Assembly: GCA_022561635.1 (NCBI GenBank)
Contig: JADFQV010000002.1
Location: forward strand, 2,546-66,545
Length of the DNA: 64,000 nucleotides
Reading direction: 5' to 3'
Origin: Chloroflexota bacterium
GTDB taxonomy: Bacteria; Chloroflexota; Dehalococcoidia; SM23-28-2; RBG-16-64-32
The notes beneath the pieces were generated by a model. It was given only the letters and a program-made list of their open reading frames with translations. It did no database searches and had not been told where the DNA came from. The number at the start of each line of letters is the position of its first letter. The stretch's first letter is position 1. Of this stretch, positions 45,195 through 53,522 are shown piece by piece. Both the position numbers and the translations under genes were made by a program.

Positions 45195-46796
45195 CTAGCT
45201 GAGTTCAAACCCCTCGTAGCCGTTTGCCGCAACCTCGTCGCATAGCTCTCGATACTTCGGCGCGCCGCCGGTATAGACAAGCACGGAACGGGACTGCTTG
45301 TTTGGCAGGTTCTTATTGACGCCGGTCATCCAGGAGTCGACCCGAGAGAACAGGAACCGCTGTGCCGTCTCTTGGACGCGAGCGGTCCATGTCTCCTCAG
45401 CCTCCGTGGTCGGTACGACGCGCTCGAACCCCTCGTTCCGCATGTATCGGACCAGCTCCGTGACCCAATCAACGTTCTGCTCAATGCAGCGCGGCATGTT
45501 GCAGAACGTCGTCGCGCTGTGCGGGCCAGCGACAGTCATCAGGTTTGGGAACCCGGCTATCTGCAGACCCAGGTACGTGCTAGGACCGTTCATCCACTTG
45601 TCCTTCAGCCTTTGTCCACCGACGCCTCGAATGTCGATGCGATCGAAGGCGCCGGTAATGGCATCGAAGCCAGTGGCATATATGATCATGTCGAAAGGGT
45701 AGTCGGCGTCGCCGGTCACTATCCCGGTCGGTGTGATTCGCTCGATCGGCGTGTCCTGAACGTCTACCAGCTGTACATTGTCCTGGTTGAACGCCTCATA
45801 GTAGCCGCTCTCCAGCGGCAGGCGGCGGGTCCCGAACCCGTGGTCGCGTGGCGTCAGCTTCTCGGCGATCTCCGGGTCCTCGACCCGCTCGCGAATTTTC
45901 CGCCGCATGAACGCGGTGATGGTGGCGTTAGCCTCCTCGTCGATGAGAATGTCGCGGAAGTTGCCCATCCAGATGCCGAACCCAGGCTCGCCGTAGAGCT
46001 TTTCGTAGAGTGCCTCGCGCACCTCCGCGCTCACATCGAGCGCGTTGCGGGGGTCCGGTTCGTGGATGAAGCAGCCGAAAGAGTCGCGGCAAGTCGCAAA
46101 GATCTCAGGATAAGTCTCCTTGATCCTGCGCTGCGTATCAGCGCCGATCGGGCTGTTGTGCAGCGGCGCACACCAGTTGGGCGTGCGCTGAAAAACCGTC
46201 AGCTGGCCGACCGTTTTGGCGATCTCGGTGATCACCTGCACGCCTGTTGCGCCAGTGCCGATGACTCCCACACGCTTGCCTTCGAAGCTGACCGGCTCGT
46301 GCGGCCATCTGCCCGTGTGATACGCCTCACCTTCGAAGCTAGCGACGCCCGGTATATTCGGCATCGTCGGCGCCGAGAGCGGGCCGAGCGCGGTGATCAG
46401 GAACTGCGACCTGGCGCGGCTCCCGTCTTCACTCTCTATCTCCCAGCGGACCTCCGCTTCATCGTAGCGGGCTGAGAGGACGCGGGATTTGAACGTTATG
46501 TCCCGGCGCAAGTCGAGCTTATCGGCGACGAAGTTACAGTAGCGTAGAGTCTCCGGCTGCGCGGCGAAGTGTTCGCTCCAGTTCCAGTCACGAAGGATTT
46601 CCTCGTCGAACGAGTAACCATAGGTCCAGCTCTCAGAATCGAACCGAGCGCCAGGGTAGCGGTTCCAGTACCATGTCCCCCCGACTCCTTCACCAGCCTC
46701 AAATACACGCGTCGAGAGCCCGAGCTCTCTGAGGCGATGCAGTTGATACAGGCCTGAAATGCCTGCACCGATGATTATGGCGTCAAGATCTTGCAT
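45195..46796 (-). CDS. Baeyer-Villiger (cyclohexanone-type) flavin monooxygenase
   Basis: IIIGAGISGL...GGTWYWNRYPGARFDSE, BVMO fingerprint FEGEAYHTGRWP, second Rossmann VIGTGATG. GAGGAG SD before the ATG at 46796. Confidence 0.9.
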   Translation of the reverse strand: MQDLDAIIIGAGISGLYQLHRLRELGLSTRVFEAGEGVGGTWYWNRYPGARFDSESWTYGYSFDEEILRDWNWSEHFAAQPETLRYCNFVADKLDLRRDITFKSRVLSARYDEAEVRWEIESEDGSRARSQFLITALGPLSAPTMPNIPGVASFEGEAYHTGRWPHEPVSFEGKRVGVIGTGATGVQVITEIAKTVGQLTVFQRTPNWCAPLHNSPIGADTQRRIKETYPEIFATCRDSFGCFIHEPDPRNALDVSAEVREALYEKLYGEPGFGIWMGNFRDILIDEEANATITAFMRRKIRERVEDPEIAEKLTPRDHGFGTRRLPLESGYYEAFNQDNVQLVDVQDTPIERITPTGIVTGDADYPFDMIIYATGFDAITGAFDRIDIRGVGGQRLKDKWMNGPSTYLGLQIAGFPNLMTVAGPHSATTFCNMPRCIEQNVDWVTELVRYMRNEGFERVVPTTEAEETWTARVQETAQRFLFSRVDSWMTGVNKNLPNKQSRSVLVYTGGAPKYRELCDEVAANGYEGFELS

Positions 46797-46973
46797 GCTA
46801 TAGCGCTCCTCTTGGTCGGACAGGCGGATTTCGTTCCGCAGCGGTACTACGTGCCGCGGCGCGGCCGACGTCTCGGGTACGGAGGCGAACGTCAAGTTCC
46901 CATGGCGCGAATTGTACGCCACGAAGCGTCATATGCTGCACACGCGGCGACGCCATCAGAGTTCAAGCCAGGA

Positions 46974-47003
46974 GACCGAACCCCCTGCAACAGGGGTTCG
47001 GTC
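46974..47003 (-). terminator. Hairpin GACCGAACCCC-N8-GGGGTTCGGTC, 40 nt downstream of the membrane-protein operon
   Basis: 11-bp perfect stem with no T-tract. Confidence 0.4.
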
Positions 47004-47042
47004 ATCCAACAGAGTCTCGCGAATGGACTTGCGCCGGGCGGA

Positions 47043-47723
47043 TCACACAGACGAGTCGGCCAGCGTCGCCATCTGCTTCAGGCGTAACGCCTGTTCGCGG
47101 AGGCCGTGAACGATCGTCGCCAGCATGAAGGTGATGCCCGTGAACAGCAGCGCCACTCCTGCGCGCATGACAGGCACCGACCAGGTCGTGATGGACTGCG
47201 CGCGACCGAGGTCGCTCACGGCGGCGCCATCTGGGCCTGTGGCATCAATCCAGGCGTCGTAGATGCTTACCGCAGCCACGACCTGGGCGACGAAGCCGGC
47301 GATTACGACCATCATCCCCATCATCATCAGGCCAAGGAACGTCCACGCCGTCCAGGCCATCGGGGACACGCGGACGGGCTGTCCGGCGGCCTCCTGGATA
47401 CTGGCGCCGCCCTTTCGCATGACGCCGGCGAGCCGCCCCAGGGCGAAGCTTATGGCGGCCAGTAACAGGCCGACACCGAGCAGTCCGAAGCCGGAACTGA
47501 GCACGCCGAGCGTTTCGAATGTCGCCTTGTCGCTCGCGTCGAACGTCTCGAAAAGGTCGGCACCGATCGCGCCCCGGGCGATTCCCAATCCGAACGCGCC
47601 TCCCAGCACCATCAGCCCCATGAGGAGCATCGGCAGCCAGAGAAGTGTTCCCATGCGCTGCGCCGGGGTAAGACCGGCCGTTGGCGAAGTTGTGATTGCT
47701 TGATCCGCAACGTAGGCAGTCAT
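47043..47723 (-). CDS. Met-rich 4-TM membrane protein (paralogue A; two copies of a 2-TM module)
   Basis: AAGGAG SD. 15 Met in 226 aa, including WLPMLLMGLMVL and FLGLMMMGMMVV. Homologous by eye to the two upstream ORFs. Confidence 0.7.
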   Translation of the reverse strand: MTAYVADQAITTSPTAGLTPAQRMGTLLWLPMLLMGLMVLGGAFGLGIARGAIGADLFETFDASDKATFETLGVLSSGFGLLGVGLLLAAISFALGRLAGVMRKGGASIQEAAGQPVRVSPMAWTAWTFLGLMMMGMMVVIAGFVAQVVAAVSIYDAWIDATGPDGAAVSDLGRAQSITTWSVPVMRAGVALLFTGITFMLATIVHGLREQALRLKQMATLADSSV

Positions 47724-47736
47724 CTGTTTTCTCCTT

Positions 47737-48450
47737 CTAGCTCCGCTTGCTCAACACGATGTCCGTGCGGCCGAGGATGATCTCCTGGACGCGGTCGAAC
47801 TGGAAGCGCAGCACATTACCTATCGTGTACAGGGCGAGCACGATCCCGGACAGGAGTAAGCCAGTCCCGACCATGTTCAGCGGGGAGGCGTAGGAGAGGA
47901 CAGTCTCCGCGCGTCCTAGCAGATGCAGCGCGTCCGCGGCCGGCGGCACGCCCGTACTGTAGTAGTCATAGACCTGAACGGCCGCGTAGATGTGGAAGCC
48001 CAGGCTGATGAGAGCCACCATGAGACCGGCCATCATCAGAGCCATGAACGCCCAGGCGGACGCCGGCATACGCGGCGTATACACTTCACGGCCGAGCTTC
48101 TGCTGAAGCGCCCCGCCGCCGCCACGCATCGCGCCGAGAACCGACGCCAGAAGGAACGAGATGCCCGCCAGAAGGAAGGCCACGCCCGCGAAGATGACTC
48201 CCGGCTGCAGGGCCTTCATGGTTTCCACGGTGGCACGGTCCGTTGCCGAACCGCCTGGGAACGCGTCGGACGCAAGGTTGGCCTGCACGATTCCGGCGAC
48301 AAGGGCTCCGGCGAGAACCATGAAACCCATCGCCAGCATCGGCAGCCACATGACGTTGGCCATCCTGTGCACGAGCGTCTGGCCCGGCGCCTCAGGGCCT
48401 ACATCGACCCTGAAGCCGTATCGCGTGTCGAAAGTTGTTGCCGTAGACAT
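47737..48450 (-). CDS. Met-rich 4-TM membrane protein (paralogue B; two copies of the module)
   Basis: GAGAGGA SD inside the end of the upstream gene. 14 Met in 237 aa (WLPMLAMGFMVL, FMALMMAGLMVAL). FAGVAFLLAGISFLL motif. Confidence 0.7.
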   Translation of the reverse strand: MSTATTFDTRYGFRVDVGPEAPGQTLVHRMANVMWLPMLAMGFMVLAGALVAGIVQANLASDAFPGGSATDRATVETMKALQPGVIFAGVAFLLAGISFLLASVLGAMRGGGGALQQKLGREVYTPRMPASAWAFMALMMAGLMVALISLGFHIYAAVQVYDYYSTGVPPAADALHLLGRAETVLSYASPLNMVGTGLLLSGIVLALYTIGNVLRFQFDRVQEIILGRTDIVLSKRS

Positions 48451-48454
48451 GCTG

Positions 48455-48844
48455 CTAATCCTCTCTGCCGCCGCTCAGGACAGGCAGCGTTTCCGCCAGG
48501 ACCTGACCACGGATCCAGATGCTGGTCACGACGCCCCAAAGCGCTATCGATATGCCTGCCAGAACTATCGCCAGTCCGGCGAAGAACGCTGGCAGGAGCC
48601 ACGCCTGATAGGTCTCGATCCGCCCGGCGCGTGACTCCGCGATGGACTGCTTGCCGGGATCTGTGAGATCGCCGACCCAATCCGCGAGCGGCACGCTGAA
48701 CGCCGTGACAACGGCGATGACGGCGATTCCGACAGCGGCTAGCACGATCGCTGACCTGTATTGCCACAGCTCACCGTTTCCCGGCGACCACGGCTTACTG
48801 GGCCGCAGGAGCGAAGGTGGTGTTAATGAGGTCTGATTTGTCAT
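48455..48844 (-). CDS. 2-TM membrane protein (paralogue C; a single module)
   Basis: AGAGAGGA SD. SRAGRIETYQAWLLPAFFAGLAIVLAGISIAL matches the module in A and B. Confidence 0.65.
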   Translation of the reverse strand: MTNQTSLTPPSLLRPSKPWSPGNGELWQYRSAIVLAAVGIAVIAVVTAFSVPLADWVGDLTDPGKQSIAESRAGRIETYQAWLLPAFFAGLAIVLAGISIALWGVVTSIWIRGQVLAETLPVLSGGRED

Positions 48845-48896
48845 GTGTTCCTCTCTTTCTGAACCTGGCCAAGACCTTCTTCGCCACCCATTCTGC

Positions 48897-48913
48897 TATA
48901 CCCCAGGGGGGTA
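48897..48913. promoter_or_regulatory. CsoR/RcnR-family-type operator candidate ATACCCC-AGG-GGGGTAT overlapping a TATAGC -10 (minus strand)
   Basis: Perfect 7-bp inverted repeat 53 nt upstream of the ATG at 48844. On the minus strand it reads gtgATACCCCCCTGGGGTATAGCagaatgg. Confidence 0.45.
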
Positions 48914-49099
48914 TCACTGTAGCGAGGATTACACACGCTCAGGGGAGTAGTCGCGGCAATCGTCGCCCACTCGCCGCCTACGACGAGCGACCCTCCTGCG
49001 GCTGAACCAGATCATCAATCCACGGCCAAGGGTTCCCGCCCGCTTTCCGTCCGCACCCCGTTCGTGGATAATCGGGAGCATCCCGACTGGAGGACTGCC

Positions 49100-50464
49100 G
49101 TGACGACGCGCGGAATGCTTACCCTGAAGGACCTGCGAGCGAAGACAGACGCCGGCGAGATCGACACCGTCATCGTCGCCTTCGCCGACCACTACGGCCG
49201 GCTGCACGGCAAGCGCTTCGACGCTTCCTTCTTCATCGACGACGCCGTTGCCAACGGCACCCACGCCTGCGACTACCTGCTGACCGTCGACATGGAGATG
49301 GAGCCGGTGGCCGGCTACAGCTACGCCAGCTGGGAGCAGGGCTTCGGCGACTTTCACCTGGTGCCCGACCTCGAAACGCTGCGCCTGGCGTCCTGGCTCG
49401 ACCGAACGGCGCTGGTGCTCTGCGACGTCGAGGACGAGACGAAGCACGCCCCCGTAGCGGTCGCGCCTCGGTCGGTCCTGCGGCGACAGATCGAGCACGC
49501 CGCCGCGGCCGGGTTCACGGCAAAAGGCGCCTCGGAGCTCGAGTACTACATCTTCGACGACAGCTATCGCGAGGCGGCCAAGAAGAAGTACAGCGGCCTC
49601 GAACCCGCCGGCTGGTACCTCGAGGACTACCATCTGCTGCAAGGCTCGCGTGAGGAGCGCTACAACGGCCCGGTCAGGCGTCATCTTGCCGCCTCGGGCG
49701 TCCCCGTCGAGAACTCAAAGGGCGAGTGGGGCCGCGGCCAGCACGAGATGAACATCCGCTATTCGGAGCTGTTGACGATGGCCGACCGGCACAGCGTCAT
49801 GAAGCTGGCGATGAAGGAGATCGCGGACGCGACCGGCGTCAGCGTGACGTTTATGGCGAAGCCGGTCACAGAGGAGGCCGGCTCCAGCTGCCACGTTCAC
49901 GTCAGCCTCTGGCAGGACGGCGGCTCCGCGTTCAGCAACGAAGGCGGCGCGGACACTGACGCTTTCCGCTGGTTCCTCGGCGGCTGGATGGCGCACGTCG
50001 GCGACGTGATGGCCTTCTACGCGCCGACGATCAACTCGTACAAGCGCTACCAACCGGGGTCGTGGGCGCCCGTCGGCATCGCCTGGAGCGAGGACAACCG
50101 CACCGCCGGCTTTCGTGTCGTCGGCAGCGGCGCGTCGCGGCGGATCGAATGCCGCCTCCCGGGCGCCGACTGCAACCCATACCTCGTCTACGCTGCGGTC
50201 CTGGCGTCGGGCCTCGACGGCATCGCCAACAAGACCGAGCCGCCCGCCGAGTTCGTGGGCGACGTCTACCAGGCGCGGGACTTGCCTCGCGTGCCCGCAA
50301 CGCTGCGGGAGGCGGCGACCGCTTTCGCCAAGAGCGACTTCGCGCGCGAGGCGTTCGGCGCGGAGGTTCATGAGCACTACTCGCACTTCTTCGACGTCGA
50401 AGCCACGCAGTACGACAACGCGGTCACCGACTGGGAGCGGTGGCGCTACTTCGAGAGGATCTAG
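49100..50464 (+). CDS. Glutamine synthetase family ligase (GlnA3/PuuA-like gamma-glutamyl-amine synthetase candidate)
   Basis: GS beta-grasp plus catalytic domain: SELEYYIF, ENSKGEWGRGQHEMNIRY, MAKP....GSSCHVHVSLW, NSYKRY, DNRTAGFRV, RIECRLPGADCNPYL. GGAGGA lies 6 nt before the GTG at 49100. Confidence 0.85.
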   Translation: MTTRGMLTLKDLRAKTDAGEIDTVIVAFADHYGRLHGKRFDASFFIDDAVANGTHACDYLLTVDMEMEPVAGYSYASWEQGFGDFHLVPDLETLRLASWLDRTALVLCDVEDETKHAPVAVAPRSVLRRQIEHAAAAGFTAKGASELEYYIFDDSYREAAKKKYSGLEPAGWYLEDYHLLQGSREERYNGPVRRHLAASGVPVENSKGEWGRGQHEMNIRYSELLTMADRHSVMKLAMKEIADATGVSVTFMAKPVTEEAGSSCHVHVSLWQDGGSAFSNEGGADTDAFRWFLGGWMAHVGDVMAFYAPTINSYKRYQPGSWAPVGIAWSEDNRTAGFRVVGSGASRRIECRLPGADCNPYLVYAAVLASGLDGIANKTEPPAEFVGDVYQARDLPRVPATLREAATAFAKSDFAREAFGAEVHEHYSHFFDVEATQYDNAVTDWERWRYFERI

Positions 50465-50466
50465 CG

Positions 50467-51240
50467 ATGCGATTGGAAGACAAAGTAGCGCTGATCACAG
50501 GCGCGGGCAGCGGAATCGGACGGGAGAGCGCGATCCTCTTCTCGCGTGAAGGCGCGGCCGTGGTCTGCGTCGACCTCAACGAGGACGCGGCGCGCGGCAC
50601 CGAAGCCGAGATCAAGAGCAACGGCGGTCGCGCTATCGCCATCCGCGCCGACGTCGCGATCGGCGACGACTGCCGCGATATGGTGGAGGCGGCCGAGCGG
50701 GCGTTCGGCAAGCTCAACGTGCTCTTCAACAACGCCGGCATCATGCACGCCGACGACGACGACGCGCAGGAGACCACCGAGCACGTCTGGGATCTGACCA
50801 TGGACATCAACGCCAAGGGCGTCTTCCTCGGCTGCAAGTACGGCATCCCGGCGCTGCGCCGCGCGGGTGGCGGCTCCATCATCAACACGGCGTCTCTGGT
50901 CGCGCTGATGGGCTCGGCGGCGGCACAGGTGGCGTACACGGCGTCGAAGGGCGCGGTCCTGGCGTTGACGCGCGAGCTGGCGATCGTCCACGCCAAAGAG
51001 AACATCCGCATCAACGCCCTCTGTCCAGGCCCGCTGAAGACGGCGCTCCTGATGAAGTTCCTGGACACGGAAGAGAAGCTGCAGCGCCGGCTCGTCCACA
51101 TCCCGATCGGGCGCTTCGGCGAGGCGAAGGAGATCGCCCAGGCCGCGCTCTGGCTGGCCTCAGACGAATCATCGTTCATGACCGGTGCGGACTTCATAAT
51201 CGACGGCGGCATCACAGCCGCCTACGTCACGCCGGAATGA
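50467..51240 (+). CDS. SDR
   Basis: KVALITGAGSGIGR, NNAG, YTASKGAV. Starts 3 nt after the upstream stop. Confidence 0.85.
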   Translation: MRLEDKVALITGAGSGIGRESAILFSREGAAVVCVDLNEDAARGTEAEIKSNGGRAIAIRADVAIGDDCRDMVEAAERAFGKLNVLFNNAGIMHADDDDAQETTEHVWDLTMDINAKGVFLGCKYGIPALRRAGGGSIINTASLVALMGSAAAQVAYTASKGAVLALTRELAIVHAKENIRINALCPGPLKTALLMKFLDTEEKLQRRLVHIPIGRFGEAKEIAQAALWLASDESSFMTGADFIIDGGITAAYVTPE

Positions 51241-52673
51241 CCGACGTCCTCGGTCCGCTGATCGACGGCCTGCGGGCCGACGCCTCCAGCGACGGCGTCA
51301 CCAGCGTGCGCAACCCGGCGACCGGCGAGGAGATCGCCCGCGTCGGCCGCTCGTCGGCCGAGGACGCCGATCGCGCCGTCCAGGCGGCGCACCGCACTTT
51401 TCAGGCGGGCGAGTGGCGCCGCGCCCCGGTGCGCGAACGTCGCGACGTGCTGCGCCGCATCGCCGACCTGGTGCGCCGCGACCTCGAAACGCTGGCGACG
51501 CTCGAATCGCAGAACGCCGGCAAGCCGATCGTGGCTGCCCGCGGCGAGATCGGCGTGGTGGCCGGTGCCTTCGACTACTACGCCGGCGCCGTGGACAAGT
51601 TCCACGGCCAGACGATCCCTTCGCAGGCCAACGGCACGCTGCTTACCTTCCGCGAGCCGATCGGCGTCTGCGCGGCGATCACGCCCTGGAACTTCCCGCT
51701 GGCGATCCTCAGCTGGAAGGTCGCGCCGGCGCTGGCCATGGGCAACAGCGTCGTCGTCAAGCCGGCGGAGCTGACGCCGCTGACAGCTCTCGCCCTGGGC
51801 GAGCTGGCGCTGGAGGCCGGCCTGCCGCCCGGCGTGCTGAACATCGTGCCGGGAAAAGGCTCCGAGGTCGGCGAGGCGCTGATCGACCACCCGCTCGTGC
51901 GCAAGATTTCGTTCACAGGATCGACCGAGGTGGGCAAGCACGTCATGAAGAGCGGCGCCGCCGGGATCAAGCGCGTGTCGTTGGAGCTCGGAGGCAAATC
52001 GGCCAGCGTCGTCTTCGCTGACGCAGGCCTTGAGTCGTGTGTCGAGTCGTCGATCTTCGCGGCCTACGACAACGCCGGGCAGGACTGCTGTTCCCGCAGC
52101 CGCATCCTCGTCGAGCGGCCGGTCTACGATGAGTTCGTGGAACGCTTCGCCGCCCGCGCTCAGACCCTGCGCGTCGGCGACACGGCTGACGAGACGACGG
52201 AGATCGGCCCGCTGATCTCGCCGGAGCACCGGGAGAAGGTCGAAGCGCACCTGGCAGCGGCGGAGAGCGAGGGCGCGACGCGCGTCTGCGGCGGCGAGCG
52301 ACTGGAGTTACCCGGGAACTTCCTGTCCCCCGCCGTCTACACCGGTGCCGAACCCCAGATGCGCCTCATGCGCGAGGAGATCTTCGGGCCCGCGGTGGCG
52401 ATCGTCCCGTTCGAGACCGAAGACGAGGCGATCCGGCTGGCCAACGATTCGATCTACGGGCTCTCCGGCTCGATCTGGACGCGGGACATCGGACGGGCGT
52501 TGCGGGTGGCCCGCCGCATCGAGACGGGCATGCTGTCGATCAACTCATCGTCGTCGGTTCACATCGAGGCACCGTTCGGAGGCGTTAAGCAGTCGGGGTT
52601 GGGCCGCGAGCAAGGCATGGCGGCGCTGGAACACTACACGGAGTACAAGTCGGTGTTCATCGCCGACGATTAG
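51237..52673 (+). CDS. NAD(P)-dependent aldehyde dehydrogenase
   Basis: ITPWNFPL, FTGSTEVG, LELGGKS, GQDCCSRSR (catalytic Cys), EEIFGPV. ATGA overlap with the upstream gene. Confidence 0.9.
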   Translation: MTDVLGPLIDGLRADASSDGVTSVRNPATGEEIARVGRSSAEDADRAVQAAHRTFQAGEWRRAPVRERRDVLRRIADLVRRDLETLATLESQNAGKPIVAARGEIGVVAGAFDYYAGAVDKFHGQTIPSQANGTLLTFREPIGVCAAITPWNFPLAILSWKVAPALAMGNSVVVKPAELTPLTALALGELALEAGLPPGVLNIVPGKGSEVGEALIDHPLVRKISFTGSTEVGKHVMKSGAAGIKRVSLELGGKSASVVFADAGLESCVESSIFAAYDNAGQDCCSRSRILVERPVYDEFVERFAARAQTLRVGDTADETTEIGPLISPEHREKVEAHLAAAESEGATRVCGGERLELPGNFLSPAVYTGAEPQMRLMREEIFGPAVAIVPFETEDEAIRLANDSIYGLSGSIWTRDIGRALRVARRIETGMLSINSSSSVHIEAPFGGVKQSGLGREQGMAALEHYTEYKSVFIADD

Positions 52674-52685
52674 GAAGGACTGTCG

Positions 52686-53459
52686 ATGAAAGACCTGTTT
52701 TCGGTGAAAGACAAGGTGGCGCTGGTAACCGGCGGCGGCCAGGGCATCGGCCTGATGATCGCCCAGGGGCTCGTCGAAGCCGGCGCGAAGACCTACATCT
52801 CCTCGCGCAAGACCGACGTGATCGAGAAGGAGGCGGCGGCGCTTTCCAAGTCGGGCACGTGCATCGCCATCCAGGCCGACCTCAGCACCGAAGAGGGATG
52901 CCTCGCCCTGGCGGAAGAGATCGGCAAGCGGGAGGAGCAGCTGCACATAGTCGTCAACAACGCCGGCAACAACTGGGGCGCCCCGTTCGAAGAGTACCCT
53001 GACGCCGCCTTCGACCGCTGCTACGCGCTCAACGTCAAAGGCGTCTTTCACCTCACCCGAGCGCTCGTGCCGATGCTGAGCAAGGCGGCGAGCGACGACG
53101 ACCCGGCGCGCGTGATCAACATCGGCTCTATCGACGGCATCCAGGCGCCGTTCCTGGAGACGTACGCTTATTCCGCGACGAAGGCCGCAGTGCTTCACAT
53201 GACGCGCGTGCTGGCCCGCAAGCTGGCTTCGAAGCGGATCACGGTGAACGCGATCGCGCCGGGGCCGTTCGAGAGCAAGATGATGCACGAGACGCTGGAG
53301 GCGTTCGGCGACCAGATCAAGTCCACGATCCCGCTGGGGCGTATCGGCCGGCCGGAAGACATGGCCGGCGCGACGATCTACCTGGCGTCGCGGGCCGGCG
53401 CGTACCTCACCGGCCTCACCATCCGCGTCGACGGCGGCAGTACGACGAGCCAGGCCTAG
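52686..53459 (+). CDS. SDR (RhlG/FabG-like)
   Basis: KVALVTGGGQGIG, NNAG, YSATKAAV. AGGAAGGA SD. Confidence 0.85.
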   Translation: MKDLFSVKDKVALVTGGGQGIGLMIAQGLVEAGAKTYISSRKTDVIEKEAAALSKSGTCIAIQADLSTEEGCLALAEEIGKREEQLHIVVNNAGNNWGAPFEEYPDAAFDRCYALNVKGVFHLTRALVPMLSKAASDDDPARVINIGSIDGIQAPFLETYAYSATKAAVLHMTRVLARKLASKRITVNAIAPGPFESKMMHETLEAFGDQIKSTIPLGRIGRPEDMAGATIYLASRAGAYLTGLTIRVDGGSTTSQA

Positions 53460-53508
53460 GAGTTCCGAGTGAGCCCGCCTCCGCCGCGCGCTTAGCGAAG
53501 GCGGCGGG

Positions 53509-53514
53509 TAAACT
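53509..53514 (+). promoter_or_regulatory. -10-like hexamer TAAACT, 8 nt upstream of the nhaA ATG
   Basis: gggTAAACTacattccgATG; no SD. Confidence 0.3.
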
Positions 53515-53522
53515 ACATTCCG

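Noticed and set aside
48817-49005. 62-aa ORF next to the CsoR-type palindrome, considered as a candidate CsoR.
   Set aside because: The sequence has no CsoR-like helical pattern or C-H-C ligand set, no SD, and it overlaps the promoter region. It is most likely spurious.
45142-49063. Genomic island integrated at tRNA-Pro.
   Set aside because: There is no integrase, recombinase or mobility gene, and no visible direct repeat of the tRNA 3' end. It is kept only as a low-interest compositional note.
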